From NCBI GenBank assembly GCA_964655195.1, contig CAZZLK010000021.1:3377-67376 (forward strand): a DNA stretch of 64,000 nucleotides, read 5' to 3'. The notes beneath the pieces were generated by a model. The model was not told where the DNA came from, made no database searches, and worked only from the letters and a program-made list of their open reading frames with translations. Below are positions 24,163-33,676 of this stretch, piece after piece (position 1 is the first letter of the stretch; each line of letters begins with the position of its first letter). Both the position numbers and the translations under genes were made by a program. Source of the stretch: an uncultured bacterium (lineage in GTDB: Bacteria; DUMJ01).

Positions 24163-24952
24163 GTCGGTCAAGTTAGGAATCGATGTGGAAATTGGGCCCT
24201 ATGTAGTAATAAAACATGATACTGTTATAGGAAGTGGTACTAAGATCGATGCCCATTGTATTATAGGCCCATGGGTCACTATAGGGAGTAAGTGTGAGAT
24301 ATACGGAGGATGTTCTATAGGTGCTCCGCCTCAAGACATAAGATATAAAGGTGAAAGAAGTTTTGTAATAATTGGAGATAATAACATCCTCAGAGAGTTT
24401 GTTACTATACATAGAGCAACAGGAAAAGACAAAGCCACTATAATAGGAGATGGCAATTTCCTTATGGCATATTCCCATATAGCCCATAACTGTAAACTTG
24501 GTAACGGGATAACTATGGCTAATTCTTCTAATCTGGCAGGTTATGTAGAAGTATATGATAAGGCTGTTATAGGAGGAATAGTTGGGATACACCAATTTGT
24601 CAGGATAGGAAGGTTAGCTATGGTAGGAGCCTGCTCTAAAGTTGTTCAGGATGTCCTTCCATTTTCTCTTGTAGATGGACATCCGGCCAAGGCTTACGGT
24701 ATAAATGTAGTTGGACTTAGGAGAGCAGGATACTCACCAGAGATCAGGAGTATCCTACAGAGGGCATTTAAAATTTTCTACTTTGCCCATCCCAACAGAT
24801 CCAAGTCGCTTACTATGCTTTTAGAGGAGCTTGACAGTATACCTGAAGTTGAAGAGATGGTAGAATTTATCAGAAACAGTAGAAGGGGGATCGTAAAAGC
24901 AGCTAAAGAAGCTTTACAATGGGACGTTCAGACATTCTTAGAAAATATGTAA
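24128..24952 (+). CDS. lpxA: Acyl-[ACP]--UDP-N-acetylglucosamine O-acyltransferase
   Basis: Hexapeptide-repeat beta-helix plus the C-terminal helical domain typical of LpxA. 274 aa. Confidence 0.9.
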   Translation: MTYIHPTAIIDESVKLGIDVEIGPYVVIKHDTVIGSGTKIDAHCIIGPWVTIGSKCEIYGGCSIGAPPQDIRYKGERSFVIIGDNNILREFVTIHRATGKDKATIIGDGNFLMAYSHIAHNCKLGNGITMANSSNLAGYVEVYDKAVIGGIVGIHQFVRIGRLAMVGACSKVVQDVLPFSLVDGHPAKAYGINVVGLRRAGYSPEIRSILQRAFKIFYFAHPNRSKSLTMLLEELDSIPEVEEMVEFIRNSRRGIVKAAKEALQWDVQTFLENM

Positions 24953-26091
24953 GAATTGCTATTCTGGCAGGTGAGGTATCCGGAGATATACAGGGGTCTT
25001 ATCTTGCTAATGGACTGTTGAACAATGATTATGGAATAAAAGTAGCACTCTGTGGTATTGGGGGGGAATATATGAGAAATAGGGGAGTCAAGTTATGGGA
25101 GGAAACAGCCAGGTATGGTTCAGTTGGTTTTTGGGAACCAGTAAAATTTCTGCCTAACTGGCTTAAGATTTACAATAAAGTTAAAGAAATGCTAAAGAAA
25201 GAAGAATTAGATGGGGTAATTTTTATTGATAATCAGGGATTTAATCTTCAGGTAGCCAAGTTTATCAAGAGAGAAAGACCTGATTTGTCTATGTTCTATT
25301 ACTTTTCTCCACAGGCATGGCTTTGGGGTAGTGGAATAGCCAAACAGGTAAGAGACCTTGGAATTAAAGTTTTGGCAGTTTTTCAGAAAGAAGCAGAGGT
25401 ATACAGGGAGAATAACGTAGAGGTATATTTCGTAGGACATCCTCTTTTAGATATAGTAGAGGCAAAGGTCCCCTCAGAAAAGATAAGAGAAAGTTTAGGG
25501 ATAAAGGATGACCTTCCCCTTATCGGAATATTTCCTGGAAGTAGACAACAGGAGGTCATTTCTCTATTACCAATTATTTTAGAAGGGATCGCTCCTCTAA
25601 TAAATAGAGAGGCTTACTTTTATATAGCCAGTGCATCTGATTTTACCTACAAGTGGATTGGAGAGATCTTAGAAAAAAAGAATCTATATATACCAATTAT
25701 CTCCAACAATAGATATGACTATATGAATGCCTCTAAACTCCTAATTATGGCGTCTGGAACGGCAGTCTTAGAGGCATCTCTTATAGGTATCCCGGTTATA
25801 GCTCTATATAAACTATCGTGGATTTCCTGGAATATTGCAAAAAAGATAGTTCATTACCCCTATGCTACTATGCCGAATATCTTACTTGAAAAGCCGGTTG
25901 TCATAGAGCTGCTTCAGAAGGATGCTAATCCTGTAAGGTTAAGGGAGACTGTAAGAGAGTTGCTGGGTGATAGTAAAAAGATAGAAAGCATCAAAAAAGA
26001 TCTGGAAGGGGTAAGAGAAGTATTGGGAGAGAAGGGAGCGATAAAGAGAGCGGTCGAATTTATCTTTAAGGGGCTGAACTGTATTGAGTAA
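24919..26091 (+). CDS. lpxB: Lipid-A-disaccharide synthase (glycosyltransferase family 19)
   Basis: N-terminus IAILAGEVSGDIQGSYLANGL aligns with LpxB LVAGETSGDILGAGLI. 390 aa. Confidence 0.85.
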   Translation: MGRSDILRKYVRIAILAGEVSGDIQGSYLANGLLNNDYGIKVALCGIGGEYMRNRGVKLWEETARYGSVGFWEPVKFLPNWLKIYNKVKEMLKKEELDGVIFIDNQGFNLQVAKFIKRERPDLSMFYYFSPQAWLWGSGIAKQVRDLGIKVLAVFQKEAEVYRENNVEVYFVGHPLLDIVEAKVPSEKIRESLGIKDDLPLIGIFPGSRQQEVISLLPIILEGIAPLINREAYFYIASASDFTYKWIGEILEKKNLYIPIISNNRYDYMNASKLLIMASGTAVLEASLIGIPVIALYKLSWISWNIAKKIVHYPYATMPNILLEKPVVIELLQKDANPVRLRETVRELLGDSKKIESIKKDLEGVREVLGEKGAIKRAVEFIFKGLNCIE

Positions 26092-27211
26092 GTTGATTAT
26101 GCTCACCAACAGTCCTGGAGAAATAGGAGGATGGTTTCTACCTTTAGCAAAAGCTATAAAAGAGACTTATCCTGCCATAGATATAATAGCTATTCTTTTG
26201 CCATGTCAGTATGCAAGTGGAACTGAATATAGGGTACTTTTAGAGTCTGGATTATTCTCTAGGGTGATAGATAGAAAAGAACTACTGAAATTTTTTACAA
26301 CTCCGGATTTAAATGACAAAAGGATACTTATTTTGCAGCTTGGAGGAGACCCATACTGGGGAACCCTGCTCAAGATAAGATTAAAGAGTAAGCTCTTTAT
26401 ATATTCTGATAGCCTAGTCCATACAAATCGATGGGCAGATAAGATTCTTCTGAGCGATTCAAGATTCTCTAGAGGGAGAGAAAACGAAGTCGTAGTTGGT
26501 AATCTAATCCTTGAGAGTATAGACAGAGATATCACAGTAAACGGATCTAGTATAGCATTCTTACCTGGTAGTAGGCCATATGGACTCAAGTTGATACTCC
26601 CTCTAATGCTTGAAACCGCTGAGATATTAAGGAAGACTTCAGATAATTCGATAAAATTTATTGTTTCACCATTTATCCCTCTTGAAAGTCTGAATAGATA
26701 TGTTCCAGCTAATTTCGCATTAGAGCAAGATAGGATAATTTCTGGCTCAGGAAACGTCTATATACTCGAATATGGAGGGTCTTGGGATTGGGTGAAAGAT
26801 GTGAGATTGGCTATAAATATTCCTGGAACAAATACCTTACAACTGGCGCTTTTGGGTATACCTCAGATAACTATACTCCCACTTCAATGGGCTGAATATA
26901 TCCCTCTAGAGGGTATAATGGAGTGGATAAGTAGGGCACCTCTTATAGGTAAGCCTATAAAAAGAAAAATAATTTATAGACTTATTCCTAAAATTAGGTT
27001 TATAGCCCTCCCCAATATAGTCTCCAAAAGGAAGATTACAGAGGAACTTATAATGGAGATTACACCGGAACTTCTAGCTCAAAAGATATTAGAACTTCTA
27101 AAAGATCAAGAACGACTAGATAAAATGAAAGAGGAGCTAAAGAGTATAGATTTCCTAAGCGGAGCCGGAAGAAATATAGCTAAAATTATAGGTGAAGAAC
27201 TCTGTGAGTAA
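26084..27211 (+). CDS. Divergent LpxB-like glycosyltransferase family 19 paralog
   Basis: 375 aa. LTNSPGEIGGWFLPLAKAIKETYP resembles the LpxB N-terminus. AFLPGSRPYGLKLILPLMLETAEIL and ALPNIVSKRKITEELI align with LpxB [24 protein letters not shown] and SLPNLLAGRELVKELL. Confidence 0.6.
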   Translation: MSKLIMLTNSPGEIGGWFLPLAKAIKETYPAIDIIAILLPCQYASGTEYRVLLESGLFSRVIDRKELLKFFTTPDLNDKRILILQLGGDPYWGTLLKIRLKSKLFIYSDSLVHTNRWADKILLSDSRFSRGRENEVVVGNLILESIDRDITVNGSSIAFLPGSRPYGLKLILPLMLETAEILRKTSDNSIKFIVSPFIPLESLNRYVPANFALEQDRIISGSGNVYILEYGGSWDWVKDVRLAINIPGTNTLQLALLGIPQITILPLQWAEYIPLEGIMEWISRAPLIGKPIKRKIIYRLIPKIRFIALPNIVSKRKITEELIMEITPELLAQKILELLKDQERLDKMKEELKSIDFLSGAGRNIAKIIGEELCE

Positions 27212-28616
27212 TCTTGATTGGGGTCTTATCATATTTCTCATAGCTATAAGTGGGTTTATAGCGTTTGTAGGTAACTATGTTGGGAGGAGGGCAGGGAAGA
27301 GAAGAATCTCTATACTTGGTATAAGACCATATTATACCTCTATGATTATAACGGTACTTACTGGTATTATAATTACTACTGTAACTTTAATTACTCTTAT
27401 TAGTGTATCTTCAAGTATGAGAAGCGCATTAGAGAATAAAGCTCAACTTCAGGAGACAATAAAACTTCTTTCGCAAAGGTTAAGTGCTACAGAGTCAGAA
27501 CTTTCTATAAGGGCAAGTGAACTAAGTGCAGCCATAGAGTATCAAAAAAAGTTAGAAAAGAGCATAAAGGAGCAGAATGAAAGAGTAAAAGAGCTAGAAA
27601 AGAAGTTAAAAGAGACAGAAGAAGAAATAAAAAATAGAGAGATTATTCTAAAGAATAGAGAGATTGCGTTAGAAGAAAGTAAAGCTCAGTTGAGGGAATT
27701 AGATAGGCAGAGAGAACATCTTATCAAAACAATCTCTGAATTAAATAAAGAAGTGGAACAGCTTAAGAGAGAGAAGAATAGTCTTTTACAGGAAAATACA
27801 CAACTTAAGGACAAATTAAATAAATTAGGAAAAGTGGTATCTTCTCTTGAAGAACAGAGAAAGATTTTGAATAATAAGTTAGAACTATACAGTTCTGAAT
27901 TGGCCGAGTTAAAGAAAGAGATAAACGATTATAAAGCTCAGGCAAAGGAACTTAAGAAAGAGATAAAACAGAAGGAATCACAGCTAAATTTATTAAGACA
28001 CCAGAAAATTCTTTTTTACGGGGGAGAGATAATACTAGCAGAGACCATAAATGGACCCAAAAGTGAACAAGAAGCCAAGGACAGCTTAAAATATATGCTA
28101 GAGAGGGCTGAAGAGATAGCAAGATATAGATATCTGCATTCGGGAGAATCTGTGCCTGATAAGGATACCCCACTAATATCTTATGATCCAAGCGAGTTAG
28201 AAAGTGTAATAAGATCTCTAAAAGAGGAACAGCGACTAATACGTATAAGAGTAAGAAACAATACGTTTGTTTATGAACCGATTTATGTAACTATAGAGTC
28301 TTTAAAGAGTAGATTGATATTTAGTAAGGATGAAACTATCGTCTTTAAATTTATCTCTGCCAAGTTGCCAAGGAATAAAATAATCGAAGAGCTCGATACT
28401 TTACTAAGTGAAGTAAGAAAAGAGGGTATAAGAAGAGGTATGATTATTGACCATCTAACCAATCCTATCAGTAACGTATCTTATGAGACGCTCTTGGGAC
28501 TATCGGTTAGAATAAAAGTCAACTATATGAAATTTGGAAGCACTTTAGTTGTGGTTAAAGCGGAAAGAGACATATACACTGGAGGTCCCTTAAGAATAAA
28601 ATTTGAGCTTCGTTAG
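27192..28616 (+). CDS. Membrane-anchored coiled-coil protein, DUF3084-like
   Basis: N-terminal TM helix plus ..VGRRAGKRRISILGIRPYYTSMIITVLTGIIITTVTL.., typical of DUF3084. Then ~250 aa of heptad-rich coiled coil. Confidence 0.5.
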   Translation: MKNSVSNLDWGLIIFLIAISGFIAFVGNYVGRRAGKRRISILGIRPYYTSMIITVLTGIIITTVTLITLISVSSSMRSALENKAQLQETIKLLSQRLSATESELSIRASELSAAIEYQKKLEKSIKEQNERVKELEKKLKETEEEIKNREIILKNREIALEESKAQLRELDRQREHLIKTISELNKEVEQLKREKNSLLQENTQLKDKLNKLGKVVSSLEEQRKILNNKLELYSSELAELKKEINDYKAQAKELKKEIKQKESQLNLLRHQKILFYGGEIILAETINGPKSEQEAKDSLKYMLERAEEIARYRYLHSGESVPDKDTPLISYDPSELESVIRSLKEEQRLIRIRVRNNTFVYEPIYVTIESLKSRLIFSKDETIVFKFISAKLPRNKIIEELDTLLSEVRKEGIRRGMIIDHLTNPISNVSYETLLGLSVRIKVNYMKFGSTLVVVKAERDIYTGGPLRIKFELR

Positions 28617-28742
28617 GTAGATATAATTAGTCGGATAATATATCTTATGTAAAGTAAAAATAAACTCAGACTGTCTTAGATTCTAAAATCCATCCGACTT
28701 GTTATTCTTATCTCCAATATGCTATCCTTATATAAAATGTAA

Positions 28743-28760
28743 ATTGTGAATATTGTGAAT
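28743..28760. repeat. Tandem direct repeat ATTGTGAAT x2 in the promoter region of the sugar transferase gene
   Basis: ATTGTGAAT at 28743-28751 and again at 28752-28760, in an AT-rich 179-bp intergenic region. Confidence 0.4.
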
Positions 28761-28795
28761 AAGGATTAATTTTTTATATCTTAATTTTAATAAAA

Positions 28796-30037
28796 ATGAG
28801 CGCAGGGACATTTCAGAATCAAAATATATATAGAGTCCTAAATCTGACAGGGATTTTTGCTATCATACTCATCTCTTCTTACCTGTCCTGGAGAACGGCG
28901 GAGTTTTGGAAGATAAAAGAAGGAATCCCTATGGTTTCTCTGATACTCGCAGCCCATATCATATCCTCTCTTATAATCTCTAAGCTCATTATATTCCCTA
29001 AGATCGAACATCTGGGTATAGTCTTCTCTACAGTTAGCTTTATGCTTTTATTAGTTATTGGCATTATCGCAGTAAGTAGAATTTACTATTCACGGAGTTT
29101 CTTGTTATCTTCATATATCTTAGATGTCATCCTCCTTATACTCTGTAATCATAGAAAAAAGAAACCTGTCTTTGCTCTTCTCCCTTTTGACAAAAGAGAT
29201 GAAGACTTACTTAAAATAAGTAACATAGACTGGTGTATCCTCCAGTCTCCTTCTGTTGATAATGTAGATCTAGATGGTATTGTGGTGACCTCTTTGAAAG
29301 ATCTAACCCCTGAATGGGCCCATTTTATTGTTACCCAAAAACTTAAAGGGACCTCAATATACCATGCATCAGAAGTATATGAATTAATACTGGGAAAATT
29401 ACCTCTTAAATATTTCTACTCAGAACTCATAGAAAGTTCGAGTCAGCCTTTTGTTACAAAATTTATAAAGAGATTGTCTGATATTATACTCGCTTCCCTT
29501 CTCTTCCCTATCGCTCTTATATTATCAATTATAATAGCCTTACTTATAAAAATAGACTCTGAAGGACCGGTCTTCTTCACACAGGATAGAATTGGTCAAG
29601 GGGGTAAAACTTATAAGATCATAAAATTCAGGACTATGTACAAGGATGCTGAGATCGACGGACCTAGGTTTACAGAAAGGGATGATCCACGTATTACATA
29701 TATAGGACGTATATTAAGAAGGCTTCATTTAGACGAGCTCCCACAGATCTGGAATATTCTGAAAGGCGAGATGAGTTTTATAGGTCCAAGACCAGAGCAG
29801 GCAAAGTTAGTAAAGGAGTTTGAAAAGGAGATTCCCTTCTATAGTTATAGACACCTAGTGAAACCAGGTATAACCGGTTGGGCACAGGTAAACCAAGGTT
29901 ATGCAGCAGGAATTACAGAAACGATAGAAAAATTGGAATATGACCTCTACTATATAAAGAATCTGTCCCCTTGGCTTGACCTCGTAATACTGCTTAAGAC
30001 CGTAAAGATGATAATAACCAGATGGGGTTCAAGGTAA
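28796..30037 (+). CDS. Polyprenyl-phosphate sugar phosphotransferase (bacterial sugar transferase family, WbaP/WcaJ-like)
   Basis: N-terminal multi-TM region. C-terminal catalytic domain with ..KFRTMYKDAE.. and SFIGPRPE motifs. Confidence 0.85.
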   Translation: MSAGTFQNQNIYRVLNLTGIFAIILISSYLSWRTAEFWKIKEGIPMVSLILAAHIISSLIISKLIIFPKIEHLGIVFSTVSFMLLLVIGIIAVSRIYYSRSFLLSSYILDVILLILCNHRKKKPVFALLPFDKRDEDLLKISNIDWCILQSPSVDNVDLDGIVVTSLKDLTPEWAHFIVTQKLKGTSIYHASEVYELILGKLPLKYFYSELIESSSQPFVTKFIKRLSDIILASLLFPIALILSIIIALLIKIDSEGPVFFTQDRIGQGGKTYKIIKFRTMYKDAEIDGPRFTERDDPRITYIGRILRRLHLDELPQIWNILKGEMSFIGPRPEQAKLVKEFEKEIPFYSYRHLVKPGITGWAQVNQGYAAGITETIEKLEYDLYYIKNLSPWLDLVILLKTVKMIITRWGSR

Positions 30038-30409
30038 CTAAGTACTAGCTTCCAGCTCCTTGAACAGGTTGACAACATAAAAAGATCTTTTATACGGGGG
30101 AACCTTAACTCATTATTCTTGGAATGGAGGAGTGGGCTATTCATATACGCTACTTACAGATTACCGGAAGAGATCTAAGTGATTGGCGTAATCCCAGTAC
30201 AGGTGGATGGTTACTGCTAGGAGAAGGAGCAAATATACTAGAAAGCTATTAAATCTGGAACAGTATTGATAGAATAAATTAGGATTAGAAGTTTCGCTCA
30301 ATTAAATTGATCCCTCACCTCTGCTGAAATATGAAAAATCAAAATTATATGGTAAAATATTACACTGTAAAATAGAGAAGTATTTGATGCCCTGGAGGTA
30401 GTTTGCTGT

Positions 30410-32173
30410 ATGAAATATCTGATTAAACTAGTGAAGATTGCCAGACCATACTGGAAGTATCTTATAATTGCTGGTGTTAGTAATCTAACTATAACTGGGA
30501 TCAATCTGTTAGGACCATGGCTAGCAAGACAACTCATCAATATTATTACAAACCTTAATCAGTATCCAGACGCGAAGAGCTACATAATAAGACTCTCCAT
30601 CATTTTAATATCTTCCTATATAGCCAGAATAATTTTTCAGTTCTTAGCCAGTTACTTGTCTCACTATGCCGCCTGGCATCTAGTAGCCCATATGAGGGGC
30701 CTGGTATACGATAAACTCCAGCAGTTATCGTTTAGATTCTTCCAAGACAAACAGACAGGACAGCTTATGTCAAGGGTGGTAAACGATACTGCTAATTTTG
30801 AAGCACTGATTGCCCATGCTGTGCCAGATTTATTTACAAATGCCCTCATTATCCTAGGAGTTATTATTATACTCTTTATAGTAAATCCAACCCTAGCCTT
30901 TTTGTCACTCCTCCCTATCCCATTTTTAGTATATACAGGAACAAGATTTGCAAAAAGAGTACTACCAAACTTTAGAGAAGCACAGAGGGCTCTTGCAGAT
31001 TTAAATGCAGACCTACAGGATAATATATCAGGCATACGTGAGATACAACTCTTTAACCAGCAGAAGAGGGAGTTAACCAAGATACAAAACAAAGTCTATA
31101 GACATATACAGGCACTTTTAAATGCACTGAGACTTAGCGCCATCTTCCATCCTACGGTCAGTTTTCTAAGTTCGATAGGAACAGTGATCGTCTCCTCCGT
31201 CGGAGGAATTATGGCAGTGAACGGAAAGGTCTCTGCAGGAGACATAGTAGGGTTTATGCTTTACCTGAATATGTTTTATTTTCCGATAACTGCTCTCAGT
31301 CAAGTAATCGAGAATATTCAGCAGGCTCTGGCAGGTGCAGAGAGAGTATTTGAGATATTGGAGACAGAATCGGAAATCAAAGAGAGACCAGATGCGATTG
31401 AACTAAAGGATGTTAAAGGGCGAGTAACATTTGAGAATGTAAGCTTCTCTTATGATAAAAAGGTTCCAGTGTTAAAAAATATAACATTCAACATAGAACC
31501 TGGCCAGATGGTTGCCTTTGTAGGTCCTACAGGGGTTGGGAAGACAACAATAATGTATCTTCTGGTCAGGTTCTTTGATCCGGATTCCGGAAGTATAAAG
31601 ATAGATGGAATATATATTAGAGACGTTACATTAAAGTCTCTCCATGATAATATAAGTATGGTAATGCAAGATGTCTTTCTATTTAATGGGACTATCGCCG
31701 AGAATATTGCGTATGGGAAAGAAGATGCAACTATGGATGAGATAATAAACGCTGCGAAAATAGCCTGCGCACATGACTTTATTGTAGAATTACCAGATGG
31801 ATACTATACCTACATAGGCGAAAGGGGGGTCAAACTCTCTGGTGGACAGAAGCAGAGGTTAGCAATCGCTAGAGCAGTTCTGAAAAATTCCCCCATACTG
31901 ATCTTAGATGAGGCGACCTCATCTGTAGATACTGAGACTGAAACTAAGATTCAGGAAGCAATTAACAACCTTGCCGGAACAAAAACAATCCTTATTATAG
32001 CCCACAGGTTATCTACAGTAAAAAGGGCAGATAAGATTATCGTATTGAAAGAAGGCGAAATTGTAGAAGAAGGAACACACGAAGAACTTATGGCTCTTAA
32101 GGGGCTGTACTACCACTTAAGCTCTGTTCAGTTTTTAGAGGAAGAAGTATATAATTCCAAATTTAATATCTAA
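30410..32173 (+). CDS. ABC transporter, fused permease/ATP-binding protein (MsbA-like lipid exporter)
   Basis: Six-TM domain plus an NBD with Walker A GPTGVGKTT, signature LSGGQKQRLAIARA and Walker B ILILDEATS. Located downstream of the lipid A genes. Confidence 0.8.
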   Translation: MKYLIKLVKIARPYWKYLIIAGVSNLTITGINLLGPWLARQLINIITNLNQYPDAKSYIIRLSIILISSYIARIIFQFLASYLSHYAAWHLVAHMRGLVYDKLQQLSFRFFQDKQTGQLMSRVVNDTANFEALIAHAVPDLFTNALIILGVIIILFIVNPTLAFLSLLPIPFLVYTGTRFAKRVLPNFREAQRALADLNADLQDNISGIREIQLFNQQKRELTKIQNKVYRHIQALLNALRLSAIFHPTVSFLSSIGTVIVSSVGGIMAVNGKVSAGDIVGFMLYLNMFYFPITALSQVIENIQQALAGAERVFEILETESEIKERPDAIELKDVKGRVTFENVSFSYDKKVPVLKNITFNIEPGQMVAFVGPTGVGKTTIMYLLVRFFDPDSGSIKIDGIYIRDVTLKSLHDNISMVMQDVFLFNGTIAENIAYGKEDATMDEIINAAKIACAHDFIVELPDGYYTYIGERGVKLSGGQKQRLAIARAVLKNSPILILDEATSSVDTETETKIQEAINNLAGTKTILIIAHRLSTVKRADKIIVLKEGEIVEEGTHEELMALKGLYYHLSSVQFLEEEVYNSKFNI

Positions 32174-32226
32174 TAATACATTCCTTAATCTCACAACTTT
32201 CCAGTTTTTCGGCAGGTTTTTAAAGT

Positions 32227-32433
32227 TCATGGTTGCCATCCTCTTTCATCAATAATTCTCTTCACCTTTTCCTTTAAAAATGGATGAGTTTATCACGCAT
32301 TCCTGCTAACTGCATCCTGCTTTTCTTCATTTTTGAGGAATTCTTCATAATTGAGTCCGGCTGTATATTTTTCTATTCTTTTGCATGCTTCAAGAATGTC
32401 TAACAGAAATTCTCTGTCGGTTCTTTTAGACAT
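32227..32433 (-). pseudogene. hepT: Decayed hepT (HEPN/DUF86 toxin) remnant
   Basis: Minus-strand ATG (complement of 32431-32433) encodes MSKRTDREFLLDILEACKRIEKYTAGLNYEEFLKNEEKQDAVSRN, a typical HepT N-terminus, then hits TGA. The Rx4-6H motif segment AGMRDKLIH appears in the +1 frame and the remainder in a third frame. This implies an internal deletion plus frameshifts. It overlaps the mntA stop by 8 nt. Confidence 0.6.
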
Positions 32434-32668
32434 ATACTATACTCTCCTTTATCTCCTTTTTAATGTCAAGATATTCAATAAATTCAAGGTATTTTTCAAA
32501 TGTCAGTTTATCAAGATCAAATTCCACATAAATGTTAATATCGCTTTTTTCATTCTCCTCTCCCTTTACAAAAGAGCCATAAATACCTATCTTCACTATG
32601 TGAAACCTTTGCATAATTTCCTCTCTATGCCTCCTTAAAGTTTCAAGAATTCTTTCTAAACTCTTCAT
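32426..32668 (-). CDS. mntA: MntA-like minimal nucleotidyltransferase (antitoxin partner of HepT)
   Basis: 80 aa with the NTase motif GSFVKGEENEKSDINIYVEF. The second carboxylate of GS..D[h]D reads Asn (SDIN rather than SDID). Confidence 0.65.
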   Translation of the reverse strand: MKSLERILETLRRHREEIMQRFHIVKIGIYGSFVKGEENEKSDINIYVEFDLDKLTFEKYLEFIEYLDIKKEIKESIVYV

Positions 32669-32689
32669 AAGCTTACACTTCCAATCATT

Positions 32690-33676
32690 TCATATAACTT
32701 CTTCATTCCCTCTAAGATCTCCTCCTGCTTTGAAATCAGCTTTTCCATCAGTGTAGCAGGGTCTTCGTAAAAAAACTGATTTTGCCCGAATCTTTTCTAG
32801 AGCTACTCTTAAATATCCATCTGACTCTTCCAAGAGTCTTCTACTTTCTTCAGGCCCAAGGTTTCCTACTATACTTATTATTGCTTCCTTTACATTCATA
32901 TTACAAGCTTTTAATCTTTCCAATGCTAATTCTTCTGTAGCTCCTGTAATCTTAGTTATTATCCGGATAGCCCTATTTATAAGCTTCTGATTTGTCGGTC
33001 TCACATCGACCATAATATTTCCGTAGACCTTTCCCAGTTTTACCATACTTATAGTACTGAACATATTTAATACCATCTTCTGAGAAGTTCCTGCCTTAAG
33101 TCTTGTTGACCCTGCAATAACTTCTGGACCTGTATCTATCTCTATTGCTATATCCACAAAATCTTTAGCAGGAGAATTATAGTTGTTTGTCAACAGGATA
33201 GTCCTTGCACCCCTTTTATGTGCTTCTTCCAAGGCAGAAAGAACAAATGGGGTGGTGCCACTGGCAGTTATACCTACCACTGCATCATTATCAGATATAC
33301 TTCTTCTTTCTATCTCTTCCCTTCCCTGTTTAACATCATCCTCGGCATATTCTACTGCAGATGTGATAGCCCTTTCTCCTCCGGCAATTATAGCCTGGAC
33401 CATTTCTGGATCCACCCCGAAAGTAGGTGGACATTCCGCAGAATCTAAGATGCCTAACCTTCCGCTAGTTCCAGCTCCTACATAGAGTAGTCTTCCACCT
33501 TTTTTAAAGCACTCGACTATAATATCAATAGCCCTAGCTATGTCTGGCAAGACCTTTTCTATAGCCAATGGGACCTTCTTATCTTCCTGATTCATAAGTT
33601 TAACCATCTCGATGGTGCTCAGTAGATCAAAATTTGACGTCAACTCATTATAGTCTTCTGTTCCCATACAGTTCAC
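32690..33676 (-). CDS. murQ: N-acetylmuramic acid 6-phosphate etherase
   Basis: SIS domain with GGRLLYVGAGTSGRLGILDSAECPPTFG, near-identical to the MurQ signature. Confidence 0.92.
   Translation of the reverse strand: MNCMGTEDYNELTSNFDLLSTIEMVKLMNQEDKKVPLAIEKVLPDIARAIDIIVECFKKGGRLLYVGAGTSGRLGILDSAECPPTFGVDPEMVQAIIAGGERAITSAVEYAEDDVKQGREEIERRSISDNDAVVGITASGTTPFVLSALEEAHKRGARTILLTNNYNSPAKDFVDIAIEIDTGPEVIAGSTRLKAGTSQKMVLNMFSTISMVKLGKVYGNIMVDVRPTNQKLINRAIRIITKITGATEELALERLKACNMNVKEAIISIVGNLGPEESRRLLEESDGYLRVALEKIRAKSVFLRRPCYTDGKADFKAGGDLRGNEEVI

Noticed and set aside
30114-30242. 42-codon ORF as a real small gene
   Set aside because: No SD and no recognisable similarity. Kept only as part of the unexplained intergenic region finding.
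32174-32433. hepT as an intact gene with an alternative start
   Set aside because: The N-terminal block and the Rx4-6H block lie in different frames with a missing segment between them. No single frame gives a complete HEPN domain.
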